64,000 nucleotides of DNA, from assembly GCA_963842085.1 (NCBI GenBank), contig CAWJET010000001.1, forward strand, positions 352,001 to 416,000, in the 5' to 3' direction. Positions 50,493-60,914 of the stretch are shown piece by piece. How positions within the stretch are numbered: the stretch's first letter is position 1; the number at the start of each line of letters is the position of its first letter. The notes beneath the pieces were generated by a model that ran no database searches, was not told the DNA's origin, and saw only the letters and a program-made list of their open reading frames with translations. Source of the DNA: an uncultured delta proteobacterium. Lineage in GTDB: Bacteria; Desulfobacterota; Binatia; Binatales; Binataceae. The position numbers were made by a program, and so were the translations under genes.

Positions 50493-51578
50493 GTGGGTTT
50501 CACATTCCTAAAAGGGTTAAAATTAGTCGTGCCCGGTCTCGACGTAATCCTGACGCCCACTCTAGCTTGCGACGATCTCATCGGCCTCGAGCTCTACTTT
50601 CTCGACGCAGTTGCCACGCGCCAGACGGCCCCAGTCCTGCTCATCTACGCGTCGCCGGGCCGCTCGGTCTCAATCGGCCGCTATCATCTGTATTGCGGGC
50701 AGCCCGAGCGCGACGGAATCTGCGTAACGCGGCGTCTGACCGGTGGCCGTGTCGTCGGCGCCGGCCAGGGATGGTTTGGGCTGGCGCTCATCCTGCCAAC
50801 TCGCACCGCGTTGCTGAAGGAGGACGCCGCGCGGCTCAAACCCGAGCAGATCATGAATCGCTACGCTCGCGGCATCCTGATCGCGATGCGCGCGCTCGGG
50901 GTCGATTGTTTCTACCCCGGCCGCGACGCGATAACCTTCGAACAGCGCGAGATTGCCATGTGCACTTTCGAGACTGACGCGTCGGGCGCGATGCTGTTCG
51001 AGGCGGCGATTGCGCTGAACCGCGGGATGGAAGAACTCGTGCACGATTTGGAACGCATCGACCCCGGCGGCGCGCTCTCGTGCCGCATGTATGACGCCGA
51101 GTCCGCCACCAAGGTGGTGCGCGAGCTTGCGCGCGACGTTTCTTTCGACGAGCTGGCCGGCGCGATCGCGTCGGGTTACGCGAGCTCGCTCGGTGATACT
51201 CGACGCCGAGAGTTGACGGCGCTCGAATCCGCCCAGGCGCAGCATCGCGGTCGCGCATTGGCCAATTCGAGCTGGCTGCGCGGGCCCGTCGCGGGACCCT
51301 CGATGACGCTCAGGAATCGCATCGCATCGCAGCTCGGCGCAATCGAGGCTGCGGTTGCCCTCGACGCCGACAAGACAATCGAGGCCGTGCGGTTGAGCGG
51401 AGATTTCATCGCCAATTCGCCGGCAATCGCCGAACTGGAAGACGAACTTCGCGGCCGCCCGCTCGAGCTGGTGTCGCTCTCGCAAGCGGTCACGAAGACC
51501 TTTGGCCACAATGAGAATTTCTTTCTCGGCGCAGGCGAACTGTCCAATCTGGTGCGCCTGATTGCGGGTGTGACTTGA
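50493..51578 (+). CDS. lipoate-protein ligase A-like protein (degenerate active site)
   Basis: SVSIGRY, RRLTGGRVV and an LplA-like C-terminal domain (LSGDFIA); start uncertain. Confidence 0.7.
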   Translation: MGFTFLKGLKLVVPGLDVILTPTLACDDLIGLELYFLDAVATRQTAPVLLIYASPGRSVSIGRYHLYCGQPERDGICVTRRLTGGRVVGAGQGWFGLALILPTRTALLKEDAARLKPEQIMNRYARGILIAMRALGVDCFYPGRDAITFEQREIAMCTFETDASGAMLFEAAIALNRGMEELVHDLERIDPGGALSCRMYDAESATKVVRELARDVSFDELAGAIASGYASSLGDTRRRELTALESAQAQHRGRALANSSWLRGPVAGPSMTLRNRIASQLGAIEAAVALDADKTIEAVRLSGDFIANSPAIAELEDELRGRPLELVSLSQAVTKTFGHNENFFLGAGELSNLVRLIAGVT

Positions 51579-52324
51579 AAGCCTCCGCTCACGTTGACGC
51601 AGCGAACGTCGAGAAGCTGATCCGGGAACTTGGCGACGCGCGCAAGACCGTTCAGCGCCGCACGATCGATGAACTCGTGGCAATTGCCACGTCCGGCGAC
51701 CCCCTCGTCACTGAAAAACTTCGCGGCTCGATTGCGAGCGCCAATCGCCGCGTGCGATGGGCGGCGGCGTACGCGCTCGCGCAAATCGGTGCGGGCGCGT
51801 TTGCGATGGACTCCGCGGACGCGCTGGGCGAGGCGATGGCCGACGACGACGGCGATGTCCGCTGGGCGGCGACCGACTTGATGGTCCGGCTCGGGCGCGA
51901 AAATCCGGCGGAAATTCGCGCGCGCCTGCTCAAGCTCGCCGACAGCAGCGACCGCAACGCGCGCAAGATGGCGCTGTACTGCATTCGCGATCTCGAGATT
52001 AACGGCCCCGAACTGATCGCCGTCGTCGAGCGCGCAGTGCACGATTCCGACGTTCACGTGCGGCTCGCGGCGCTGGCGGTGTTGTCGCGCCTGCGCGATG
52101 CGCCCGAAGCGGCCGTACGAATCATGCTCGGATGCCTCACAACCGATCCGGATGCGGGCGTGCGGCGGGCCGCCGCCTCTGCGCTCGGCAAGATTCAGAC
52201 CGCAAGCGCGGACGCGACGGCGGCACTCGAGTGCGCGGCGGCCGACCCGGCCGACGACTCGCTGGCGCGAGCCGCGCGCGGCGCGCTGGATCGGCTGGAG
52301 AAAGACCGGCTGGAGAAACGTTGA
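51575..52324 (+). CDS. HEAT repeat protein
   Basis: Repeated D/N-xx-VRxAAAxALG units. Confidence 0.85.
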   Translation: MKASAHVDAANVEKLIRELGDARKTVQRRTIDELVAIATSGDPLVTEKLRGSIASANRRVRWAAAYALAQIGAGAFAMDSADALGEAMADDDGDVRWAATDLMVRLGRENPAEIRARLLKLADSSDRNARKMALYCIRDLEINGPELIAVVERAVHDSDVHVRLAALAVLSRLRDAPEAAVRIMLGCLTTDPDAGVRRAAASALGKIQTASADATAALECAAADPADDSLARAARGALDRLEKDRLEKR

Positions 52325-52815
52325 TGGCGCCGAAAACGAACCCTGCTGCCGCCAATGACCTGACTCAACTCGCCGATCAGCGCGTGCGCGAGTTCGTCGC
52401 CGGCGCGCGCATCGCGCACCTGGCAACCGCCGACGGCGCCGGCGCGCCGCACAACGTCCCGCTCTGCTACTGGTTCGACGGCGAGCGCCTCTACTTCGCG
52501 ATCGACGAGAAGCCCAAGCGTCGAACCGGCCTGGCGCTCAAGCGGATGCGCAATATCGCGGCGAATCCGCGCGTCGCCGTCGTGATCGATCACTATGAAG
52601 AAGACTGGTCGCAACTTGCGTACGTGCTGATTCGCGGACACGCGCGCGTGGTCGAAGACGCCGAGGAATACCTGGCCGCGATGCGTCATCTGCGCGACAA
52701 ATATCTGCAGTACCGCGGGATGAGCCTGACGCCGGAGAAAAATCCAATCGTGAAGATCGAACCGGTAAGCGTGCACGCGTGGGGCGCGCGCTTTAAAGTG
52801 GATTCAGACGCGTGA
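52324..52815 (+). CDS. PPOX-class (putative F420-dependent) oxidoreductase
   Basis: AHLATAD, DEKPK, RMRNIAANPRV, DHYEEDWSQL. Confidence 0.85.
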   Translation: MAPKTNPAAANDLTQLADQRVREFVAGARIAHLATADGAGAPHNVPLCYWFDGERLYFAIDEKPKRRTGLALKRMRNIAANPRVAVVIDHYEEDWSQLAYVLIRGHARVVEDAEEYLAAMRHLRDKYLQYRGMSLTPEKNPIVKIEPVSVHAWGARFKVDSDA

Positions 52816-54009
52816 CGGCGCCGCTCGGTGAAATCGCGCTCGCGCTCGGCCACGCGCAACTCGACGGATGGCTGTTCTACGACTTCCGCGTGAGCGACCC
52901 GCTCGCGTATCGAATCCTCGGGCTGTCGGAAGACGGCATCGCAACCCGGCGATGGTTCTGCTATGTGCCGGCGCGCGGCAAGCCAGGGGCGATAGTGTCA
53001 GCCGTCGAGGCGCATCGGCTCGACGCGCTCGGCGTCGAGCAGATCGTCTATCGTTCGCACGACGAGATGCTCGCAGCCTTGCGCACCGTGCTCGGCGGCG
53101 CGCGGCGAATCGCGATGAACCATTCGCCCGGGTGCGCGATTCCGTACGTCTCGCGCGTCGATGCGGGCACGGTCGAAATCGTCCGCGCGATGGGAATCGA
53201 GGTCGTCACCGCGGCCGATCTCATTCAGCGCTTTGAGGCGACGTTGACCCGCGACCAGCTCGCCAGCCATCAGCGCGCGGCACGAGCGCTCAGATCGATC
53301 GTCGATGAAACCTTCGCCGGGATCGGACAGTCGATTTCGGCAGGTCGTCCGGTCAGCGAAGTCTCCGTACAGGAATCCGTGATGGCGCGCTTCGCCGCGC
53401 GAGGTCTGGTGACTCAGACGCCGCCGATCGTCGCCGTCAACGAACACAGCGCCGATCCGCACTACGGCCCGGGCCGCGAAACACGACCGCGCGATTGGCC
53501 GCGGCGATTTCATCCTGCTCGACCTGTGGGCCAAAGAAGCCACGCCCGAAAGTATCTACGCCGACTTCACCTGGGTCGCGTTCGCCGGCGACAAAGTTCC
53601 GGCGGAGCATGCGCGAGTGTTCAAGATTGTCGCCAATGCGCGCGACGCGACGGTGGACCTGGTCCAGCGCCGAATCGCGGCGGGTGAGCCAATCAGCGGC
53701 CGCGAAGCCGATCGCGCCGCGCGTCGGGTAATCGAGGCGGCCGGCTTCGGCGACGCGTTCGTCCATCGCACGGGCCATTCGATCGGCCGCGAAGTGCATG
53801 GCACCGGTGCGAACCTGGACTCGCTGGAAACGCTGGACGACCGCCGGCTGATCGACAACACGTGTTTCTCGGTCGAGCCGGGAATCTATCTGCCGGGAAA
53901 ATTCGGAGTGCGCAGCGAACTCGACATGACGATCGAAAACGGGCGCGCGATGGTCAGCGGCGAGCCGCGCCAGCGCGAGATCGCCGCGCTGTTCGGAGAG
54001 ACCATTTGA
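52812..54009 (+). pseudogene. M24 Xaa-Pro peptidase with +1 frameshift near 53480
   Basis: N-half ends ADPHYGP; next frame continues GDFILLDLWAK...HRTGHSIG...SVEPGIY...GVRSE. Confidence 0.8.
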
Positions 54010-54170
54010 TCGAATGTGAAACCCGCGGTGGGTTTCACGCTTCCTTCGGCAGGGGTGACCCCGCACCCAACGTTCAGACGACGATGCGGGACTTCGTCCC
54101 TGTTGGAAGGGTAAGGAGAAAGTCGCCTGCTGCTTCCAAAGCCGAGCGGGGCATGTAAAAAATCGCGAGG

Positions 54171-54863
54171 ATGATTCGCGCGGTCATATTCGATCTCGAC
54201 GGGACTCTCGTCGACACCGAGCCGTTGCATTTGGCGGCGTTCAACGAAGTTTTGCGTCTCGAGGGAATCGAAATCCCATCTGACGAGTACTTCGCGCGGC
54301 TGATTGGGCTTAACGATCACGATTGTTTCGCCACGGTGCTGCGCGAGAGTCGCAGGGACGCGGGCCAGGCACACCTGGCGGACCTGATTGCGCGCAAGAC
54401 TGCTGTCTATCAAGCGATGGTTGCCGAGCGCGAGGTTCTGTACCCGGGCGTGGAGAAGTTCGTGCGCGATTGCGCGCGGCGGTTTCCGCTGATGATCGCG
54501 ACCGGCACGCTGCGCGCCGAGGCCGAAGCGATCCTTCGTCGCGCCGGACTGCGCGAGTTGTTTGTCGACATTATCGCGGCGGAGGACGTCGAGCGCGGCA
54601 AGCCTGCGCCCGACAGTTTTGTTGCGGCTCTCGGGCGCATCGGATTTTTGCTCCGGCCGCGCGCGCCGGTGCTGGCAGAAGAATGCCTGGTGGTCGAGGA
54701 CACGCCCCCCGGAATCGAGGCGGCGCATCGCGCAGGAATGAAAGTGCTGGCGCTATGCCATAGCGCGCCGTCGAGTGATCTGGCGGCGGCTGACGTCGTG
54801 CGCGAATCGATCTCCGAGCTTGACCTCGACGAGATATTGCGCGCGCTTCGAGCGGCGGCCTGA
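54171..54863 (+). CDS. HAD family phosphatase
   Basis: FDLDGTLVD, KPAPD, VEDT. Confidence 0.92.
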   Translation: MIRAVIFDLDGTLVDTEPLHLAAFNEVLRLEGIEIPSDEYFARLIGLNDHDCFATVLRESRRDAGQAHLADLIARKTAVYQAMVAEREVLYPGVEKFVRDCARRFPLMIATGTLRAEAEAILRRAGLRELFVDIIAAEDVERGKPAPDSFVAALGRIGFLLRPRAPVLAEECLVVEDTPPGIEAAHRAGMKVLALCHSAPSSDLAAADVVRESISELDLDEILRALRAAA

Positions 54864-54883
54864 AAAAGCATGGGAGCAACCTA

Positions 54884-55555
54884 ATGGCGGCGAAGCTTTA
54901 CCAGTTTCTCGGCAGCCCGTTCTGCGCCAAGGTGCGCAAGCTGCTCGCGTTCAAGGGCGTCGAGTTCGAAGTAGTCGAAGTTGACTACCTGGAGCGCAAG
55001 GAATTGATCCTCGCCTCGGGCCAGATAATGGTGCCGGCGGTCACGCTCGAGGACGGCGAGACGATCGTCGATTCCGCGCGAATCGCGATGCGGCTCGAGG
55101 AGCTTTATCCCGAGCCGACGATTTTTCCGGCCGGCTGGCGCGGGATGCATCTGGTGCTCGCCGATTATATCGACAACCAGCTCGAGGACGCGGTGTATCG
55201 CGTCGCGCTGGCCGACGAGCTCGCCTACTACCGCAGCCAGGGCGCCGATCGCGCCGCGCTGTGGCGTCTGATTCGCGAGCGCAAGTATGGCGCGGGTTTC
55301 GTCGATCGAGTTATCGCCGATCATTCGGCCAACTGGGAACGCGCACGCACGGCGCTCGCGCCGTTCGAGCAGCAATTGGCGAGCATGCCGTTTCTGACCG
55401 GCAGGATCGGGCTGGCGGACTTCGCGCTCTACGGCCAGCTCTACTACCTGGCGTTCACGGGCGAGCTGAAAATTCCCGCCGACATGACAAATCTGCGCGC
55501 GTTCTTCGGGCGGGTCGAGCGGCTCAGCTCGGCGATTGAGGAATCGACCGGCTAA
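54884..55555 (+). CDS. glutathione S-transferase family protein
   Basis: SPFCAKVR, VPAV, DSARI, ADFALYG. Confidence 0.88.
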   Translation: MAAKLYQFLGSPFCAKVRKLLAFKGVEFEVVEVDYLERKELILASGQIMVPAVTLEDGETIVDSARIAMRLEELYPEPTIFPAGWRGMHLVLADYIDNQLEDAVYRVALADELAYYRSQGADRAALWRLIRERKYGAGFVDRVIADHSANWERARTALAPFEQQLASMPFLTGRIGLADFALYGQLYYLAFTGELKIPADMTNLRAFFGRVERLSSAIEESTG

Positions 55556-55563
55556 TGAACTGG

Positions 55564-56007
55564 CTACACGATTTCGCCGATTGCGGTGGTCAGGAAGTGG
55601 CTGAAGAGCGCGCCGGTCGAGTCGAGCGCTACATCATATAGCGACGCGGTGCGGCCGGGCACGAACACCTGATGGCCCTCGTCGGTCAGCGCATACACTA
55701 CGCAGAGCATCAACGCGAGGTACGGCCGCTCCTTCATCGGACCGCGAACCAGCAGCCAGAAAAGCACTCCGTACTCGGTAAAGTGCGCGGTCTTGCGGAC
55801 GAGCATGTGACAAACTTCAACCGACGCGGCGCTGATTGCGGGGATCAACCATCGCAGTATCGGGTCGATGACCTTGGCCGTGTTGACGGCAGAAAACTCC
55901 GAGGTCGAGAGCGTGAAGATCAAAGCGCCCCACAGTACTACCGCGATCCATTCGCCGAGCGGAGCAAGCTCCGAGGCGCCGGCTGACACAGACTTCGCCG
56001 CCGGCAT
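55564..56007 (-). CDS. VanZ family membrane protein
   Basis: RKTAHFTEY, DEGHQVFVPGR...DVALD. Confidence 0.9.
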   Translation of the reverse strand: MPAAKSVSAGASELAPLGEWIAVVLWGALIFTLSTSEFSAVNTAKVIDPILRWLIPAISAASVEVCHMLVRKTAHFTEYGVLFWLLVRGPMKERPYLALMLCVVYALTDEGHQVFVPGRTASLYDVALDSTGALFSHFLTTAIGEIV

Positions 56008-56179
56008 TTATCTGTCCGCCGTGCTCACGACGGCGCCCGAGGGCTGCGCTCGGACGGCCTGCGGAAATATCGGTGGAGCCGATTTTTCATGAACATCGAA
56101 AACGTGCCAGACTTAGAACTACCATTGAGTGTTACCAGTAGGAACCTGCGCCGCGCAATCCGATGAGGAAGGCCGCAAC

Positions 56180-57703
56180 ATGGACAATCTGCTCACCATA
56201 CAAAAGGCCCAGCCGGCGCGGCCGTGCACGGTGGTGATACTCGGCGCGTCGGGCGATCTCGCCAAGCGCAAGCTGATTCCGTCGCTGTACAATCTGGTCG
56301 CGTGCGGCGAGGGCATGATGCCGGCGAAGAGCGCGGTGCTGGGATTTGCGCGGCGCGAAATGTCGCTCGACCAGTTCCGCAAAAGTGCGCACGATTGGAC
56401 CGCGCGGTTCTCGCGCCTGAAAGTGAACGAGGTTTGCTGGACGGCCTTCGCCAGCGGACTCGACTATCTCTCCGGCCTCGACCATCCCAACGGTTTCGCA
56501 AAACTTAAAGCTAAACTTGAAGCTCTGGAAAAGGCGCGCGGCCTCCCGCCCAACCGCGTTTACTACCTGGCGATTCCGCCCGAAGCGATTGGCGAGTCGG
56601 TCGAGCGGCTGGCCGAGGCCAGCCTGATCAACCCGCCGAGCGCGCCGAACTTCACCCGCGTCGTCGTCGAAAAGCCGATCGGCCACGATCTGCCGAGCGC
56701 GCTCGCGGTGAATCAGGTCCTGGTGAAGTATCTCGACGACTCGCAGATTTTCCGGATCGATCACTACCTCGGCAAGGAAACCGTGCAGAACCTGCTGGTG
56801 CTGCGCTTCTCGAATAATATTTTCGAGCGCCTGTGGGGCGCCCGCAACGTCGATCACGTGCAGATCACGGTGGCGGAGGCGGAAGGCGTGGGCAGCCGCG
56901 CGATGTATTACGATCGTTCGGGCGCGCTGCGCGACATGGTGCAGAACCACATCCTGCAAACGCTGTCGCTGCTCACGATGGAAGCGCCGGTGTCGCTCGA
57001 CGCGGCCGCGATACGCGACGCAAAGCTCAACGTGTTGCGCACGCTTCGTCCGATCACGCCGAAGGATGCGCGCGCGAACACGGTGCGGGCGCGCTACGCC
57101 GCGGGCGTCGACACAGACGGCAAGCCGGTGCCCGGCTACATGGACGAACAAGGCATCGCCGACAATTCGGAGATCGAAACCTACGTCGCGCTGAAGACGT
57201 ACATCGACAACTGGCGATGGTCGGGGGTGCCGTTTTTCATTCGCACCGGCAAGCGGATGAAGCGGCGCGCGAGTTCGATCTACGTCCAGTTCAAGGACGT
57301 GCCGCAAATTCTGTTCAATCGCGGCTCGACGGTTCCCGCCAACGCGCTGACGATTCGGATCCAGCCCGACGAGGGTTTTTCGTTCGACGTGATGACCAAG
57401 CGCCCGGGACTCGACGTGGTGCTGCAACCGGTGCGAATGAATCTCAGCTACCAGACCGCGTTTGGCGACGGCGCGTCGCCCGACGGATACGAACGGCTCC
57501 TGCTCGACGTGATAGACGGCGACCATACGCTGTTCATCAGCGCGCCGTTCGTCGAGAAGTCGTGGGAGTTCGTGCAGGGAATCCTGGACTCGTGGAGCGA
57601 CCGCGCGCGCGTGCCGCTGGTCGAGTATCCTGCGGGAGGCTGGGGACCGGCCGAAGCCGATGAGTTGATTCGCTCGACGGGACGAGTATGGCATGAGCCG
57701 TAG
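56180..57703 (+). CDS. zwf: glucose-6-phosphate dehydrogenase
   Basis: GASGDLAKRKL, EKPIG, RIDHYLGKE, RDMVQNH. Confidence 0.97.
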   Translation: MDNLLTIQKAQPARPCTVVILGASGDLAKRKLIPSLYNLVACGEGMMPAKSAVLGFARREMSLDQFRKSAHDWTARFSRLKVNEVCWTAFASGLDYLSGLDHPNGFAKLKAKLEALEKARGLPPNRVYYLAIPPEAIGESVERLAEASLINPPSAPNFTRVVVEKPIGHDLPSALAVNQVLVKYLDDSQIFRIDHYLGKETVQNLLVLRFSNNIFERLWGARNVDHVQITVAEAEGVGSRAMYYDRSGALRDMVQNHILQTLSLLTMEAPVSLDAAAIRDAKLNVLRTLRPITPKDARANTVRARYAAGVDTDGKPVPGYMDEQGIADNSEIETYVALKTYIDNWRWSGVPFFIRTGKRMKRRASSIYVQFKDVPQILFNRGSTVPANALTIRIQPDEGFSFDVMTKRPGLDVVLQPVRMNLSYQTAFGDGASPDGYERLLLDVIDGDHTLFISAPFVEKSWEFVQGILDSWSDRARVPLVEYPAGGWGPAEADELIRSTGRVWHEP

Positions 57704-57715
57704 AGGATAATTTGA

Positions 57716-58061
57716 ATGGCAACCGACGCTTGCTGCAATGCTGAAAATTCCGCGGCCGAAACTCCAATGGCGTGCGACCTCAACGCGATCTCCGCGAGCG
57801 ATCGCGCGCGCTACAACGAATTGCGCCGGATGTTCAGCGTCGGCCATCGGCAAGCGCGAACTGCCCCACGGTATCGCGGTACAAATCGCGACCGAGCGCA
57901 TGGCGCTGGCGCAGCTCGCCGAATGGGTTTCGTTCGAGCGCAAGTGCTGCCCGTTCTTCGAGTTCAGGATCGAGGTCGCGCCAAAGTCCGGCCCCGTGTG
58001 GTTGAGCCTGACGGGCCGCGCCGGCGTCAAGGATTTCCTGGCGCACGCCTTCGCGCAGTAG
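57716..58061 (+). pseudogene. small Cys-rich ERxCCPFF protein with +1 frameshift near 57835
   Basis: MATDACC...PMACDLNAI in one frame, then RELPHG...ERKCCPFFEF...LTG in the next. Confidence 0.65.
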
Positions 58062-58175
58062 CCGCTCCCCCTCGCTTCCAGCGGGGCTCTGCGCCTGTGG
58101 CATAGCCGGCGGACCTTAGCTAACATTGCCGCCCGCGGCTGCGAAACCATAATTCCACGAGGATCGGAAAGCTAC

Positions 58176-59462
58176 TTGGCCGACAACAACAAGGTCGTAA
58201 TTATCGGCGCCAACGGCACCATGGGCGCCGGCGCGGGATGCGTGTTCGCTGGCGGCGGTTATCACGTCACGATGCTGGCGCGATCGCCCGCCAAAGCCGC
58301 TGAAGGATTGACGGACGCACAGAACGATGCGCGCGCGGAAGCGATCGCGGAGCGAATCTCACTCGGCACGTACGACACCGACCTCGGCCGTGCGGTTGGC
58401 GAGGCCGCGTTCGTCTTCGAGTCCCTCGCCGAAGATCTGCCGCTGAAAAGGCAATTCTTCGAGCTGATCGACAAGAGCCGGCGTCCCGACGCGATCGTTG
58501 CGACCGGCTCCTCGGGATTGTCGATCGCGGAAATGGCGCGCGGACGCAGCGATTCGTTTCGCCGCAATTTTCTCGGCGTGCATCTGTTCAATCCGCCGCA
58601 CGTGATCGTCGGCACCGAAGTGATCCCAGGTCCCGATACCGATCCTGCCGTCGTGAAGCAGGTAGTTGCGATGCTGACAAAGCGGCTGGGCCGCAAGGTG
58701 ATCGTCACCCGCGACATGCCCGCGTTCGTCGGCAACCGGGTCGGCTTCAAGGTCCTGAACGAGACTGCGCAACTGGCCGCCGAACACGGCGTCGCGTTCA
58801 TCGACTATCTGATCGGGCCCCATACCGGGCGCGCGATGGCGCCGCTGGCGACTGTCGACCTGGTCGGATGGGACGTACACAAGGCGATCGTCGATAACGT
58901 TTATGCGAATTGTGAAGATGAGGCGCACGAATCCTTCGCCATGCCCACGTACATGAACGCCGGGCTGCGCCAGGGATGCCTCGGCGACAAGACGCCTGAG
59001 AGCGGCGGCTTCTACCGTCGCGCGGGCAAGGAAGTCTTTGTGCTCGATCCGAAAACGGGCGGGCACGAGAAGTTCCAGAAGCCCGCGCCGATCGAGTTCG
59101 TCGAGAAGATGAAACAGTTGCATCGCGTGGGCCGCTACGCCGACGCCTTGAAGGTCCTCGCCGATGCCGACGGCGCCGACGCCGACCTGTGCCGCCGGGT
59201 AGTGCTCGGTTACGTCAGCTACGCGCTGAACCGCGTCGGCGAAGTGGCCGCGAGTGCAGCCGACGTGGACACGATTATGTCGTACGGCTTCAACTGGGCG
59301 CCGCCGACCGCGATCGTCGATTTGCTCGGCGCGAAGAACACGGTGATGATGCTGCAAAAGCTGAGGCTCAAGGTCCCCGCGACCGTCGAGCAAGCTGCGT
59401 CGCGCGGTGCTAAAATGTTTTCAGGCGGCGTACTCGAATATGGCCGCACGTTCGTTGGATGA
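58176..59462 (+). CDS. 3-hydroxyacyl-CoA dehydrogenase family protein
   Basis: GANGTMG, ESLAED, HLFNPP, FVGNRVG. Confidence 0.88.
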   Translation: MADNNKVVIIGANGTMGAGAGCVFAGGGYHVTMLARSPAKAAEGLTDAQNDARAEAIAERISLGTYDTDLGRAVGEAAFVFESLAEDLPLKRQFFELIDKSRRPDAIVATGSSGLSIAEMARGRSDSFRRNFLGVHLFNPPHVIVGTEVIPGPDTDPAVVKQVVAMLTKRLGRKVIVTRDMPAFVGNRVGFKVLNETAQLAAEHGVAFIDYLIGPHTGRAMAPLATVDLVGWDVHKAIVDNVYANCEDEAHESFAMPTYMNAGLRQGCLGDKTPESGGFYRRAGKEVFVLDPKTGGHEKFQKPAPIEFVEKMKQLHRVGRYADALKVLADADGADADLCRRVVLGYVSYALNRVGEVAASAADVDTIMSYGFNWAPPTAIVDLLGAKNTVMMLQKLRLKVPATVEQAASRGAKMFSGGVLEYGRTFVG

Positions 59463-59490
59463 TTAGCTTGTCGATTAAGAGGAGCGCGCG

Positions 59491-60726
59491 ATGACGAAAC
59501 CAGCGCCGGTGTACGTATTGGGCGGAGCGCAAACCGATTTTGCCCGCAATTGGTCGAAGGAAGGCAAACATTTCGTGGCGATGATGCGCGAAGCGACTCT
59601 GGGCGCGCTCGAAGCCACGAAGATTGAGCCGCGCGAAGTCGAGACCGCTCACGTCGGCAACTTCGCCGCCGAGCTTTATGCCAAGCAGGGCCATATCGGC
59701 GCGTTCTTCATCGAGATCGATCCCACTTTTTCCGGGCTGCCGACGAGCCGTCACGAGGCGGCATGTGCTTCGGGCTCGATCGCACTGATCGCGGCGGCGG
59801 CGGAAATCGAAGCCGAGCGCTACAACCTGGCGTGCGTGGTCGGCGTCGAACAAATGAAAACCGTCGATTCGACCACCGGCGGCGACTACCTGGGCACCGC
59901 GGCGTGGTACGAGCGCGAGGCCAAGGGGATCGAGTTCCCGTTTCCGAAACTCTTCGGCCGCCTCGGCGACGAATACGACAAGCGCTACGGGCTCAAGGAC
60001 GAACACCTCGCGCACATTTCGGCGGTGAATTATTCCAACGCCAAGCGCAATCCCAACGCGCAGACCCGCAACTGGTTCATGAGCGAGAGTCACGCGCAGC
60101 ACGAAAGCAAGTTCAACCAGGTCATCGGCGGCCGCATCAAAGTGAGCGATTGCTCGCAGGTCACCGACGGCTCGGTCGCGGTTTTCCTCGCCTCGGAAAA
60201 GTTCGCGAGCGCGTGGGCCAAGCGCAACGGCAAGACGCTCGCCGACATCCCGCACATCCTCGGCTGGGGCCATCACACGGCGCCACTCGAATTCGCCACC
60301 AAGGTCGCCGAGAGCCGCGACAACGCTTACGTGCTGCCGCATACGCGGCAGGCAATTCTCGACGCGTTCAAGCGCGCGGGCATCGGGTCGGTAGCCGAAC
60401 TGTCGGGAATCGAGACGCACGACTGCTTCACCACCTCGGAGTACATGGCGATCGATCATTTTGGAATCACCAAGCCCGGCGAATCGTGGAAGGCGGTCGA
60501 GGAAGGCGTGATTGAGCTCGGCGGCAAGCTGCCGATCAATCCGAGCGGCGGGCTGATCGGCGCGGGCCATCCGGTCGGCGCGACCGGCGTGCGCCAGATG
60601 CTCGATTGCCATCGGCAAATCACGCACAGCGCGGGCGACTACCAGGTCGAAGGCGCGAAGAAATTTGCGATGCTGAATATCGGCGGCAGCGGCACCACCA
60701 GCTGCGTGTTCATCGTCGGCAAGTAA
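59491..60726 (+). CDS. acetyl-CoA acetyltransferase (SCP2-type thiolase)
   Basis: EAACASG, ETHDCF, NPSGGLIGAGHPVGATG, NIGG. Confidence 0.9.
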   Translation: MTKPAPVYVLGGAQTDFARNWSKEGKHFVAMMREATLGALEATKIEPREVETAHVGNFAAELYAKQGHIGAFFIEIDPTFSGLPTSRHEAACASGSIALIAAAAEIEAERYNLACVVGVEQMKTVDSTTGGDYLGTAAWYEREAKGIEFPFPKLFGRLGDEYDKRYGLKDEHLAHISAVNYSNAKRNPNAQTRNWFMSESHAQHESKFNQVIGGRIKVSDCSQVTDGSVAVFLASEKFASAWAKRNGKTLADIPHILGWGHHTAPLEFATKVAESRDNAYVLPHTRQAILDAFKRAGIGSVAELSGIETHDCFTTSEYMAIDHFGITKPGESWKAVEEGVIELGGKLPINPSGGLIGAGHPVGATGVRQMLDCHRQITHSAGDYQVEGAKKFAMLNIGGSGTTSCVFIVGK

Positions 60727-60735
60727 GCGCGCGCC

Positions 60736-60812
60736 TGTCATCCTGACCGAAGCGAGCAACGCATTTCTGTCATCCTGACGACGCGAGCAACGCGAGCTGA
60801 GGAAGGATCTCG
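60736..60812. repeat. GTCATCCTGA-type REP-like repeats (two partial copies)
   Basis: TGTCATCCTGAC twice, followed by GAAGGATCT; same family as 49993-50088. Confidence 0.55.
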
Positions 60813-60914
60813 GACCGCTTCGCGCCAGCGAAGCCGGTACCGGTTCTGAAATCGCGAAGCGGTCCCTTGCCGATGCCGATTGGCTCGCGCGCGCGGGCGC
60901 GGCACAATCGCCCG

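Noticed and set aside
56132-58150. Long antisense ORFs (672 aa here; also 3280-4833, 17864-19360, 23354-24916, 46983-48575)
   Set aside because: Shadow frames of well-supported genes in GC-rich DNA, Arg/Ala-rich with no motifs
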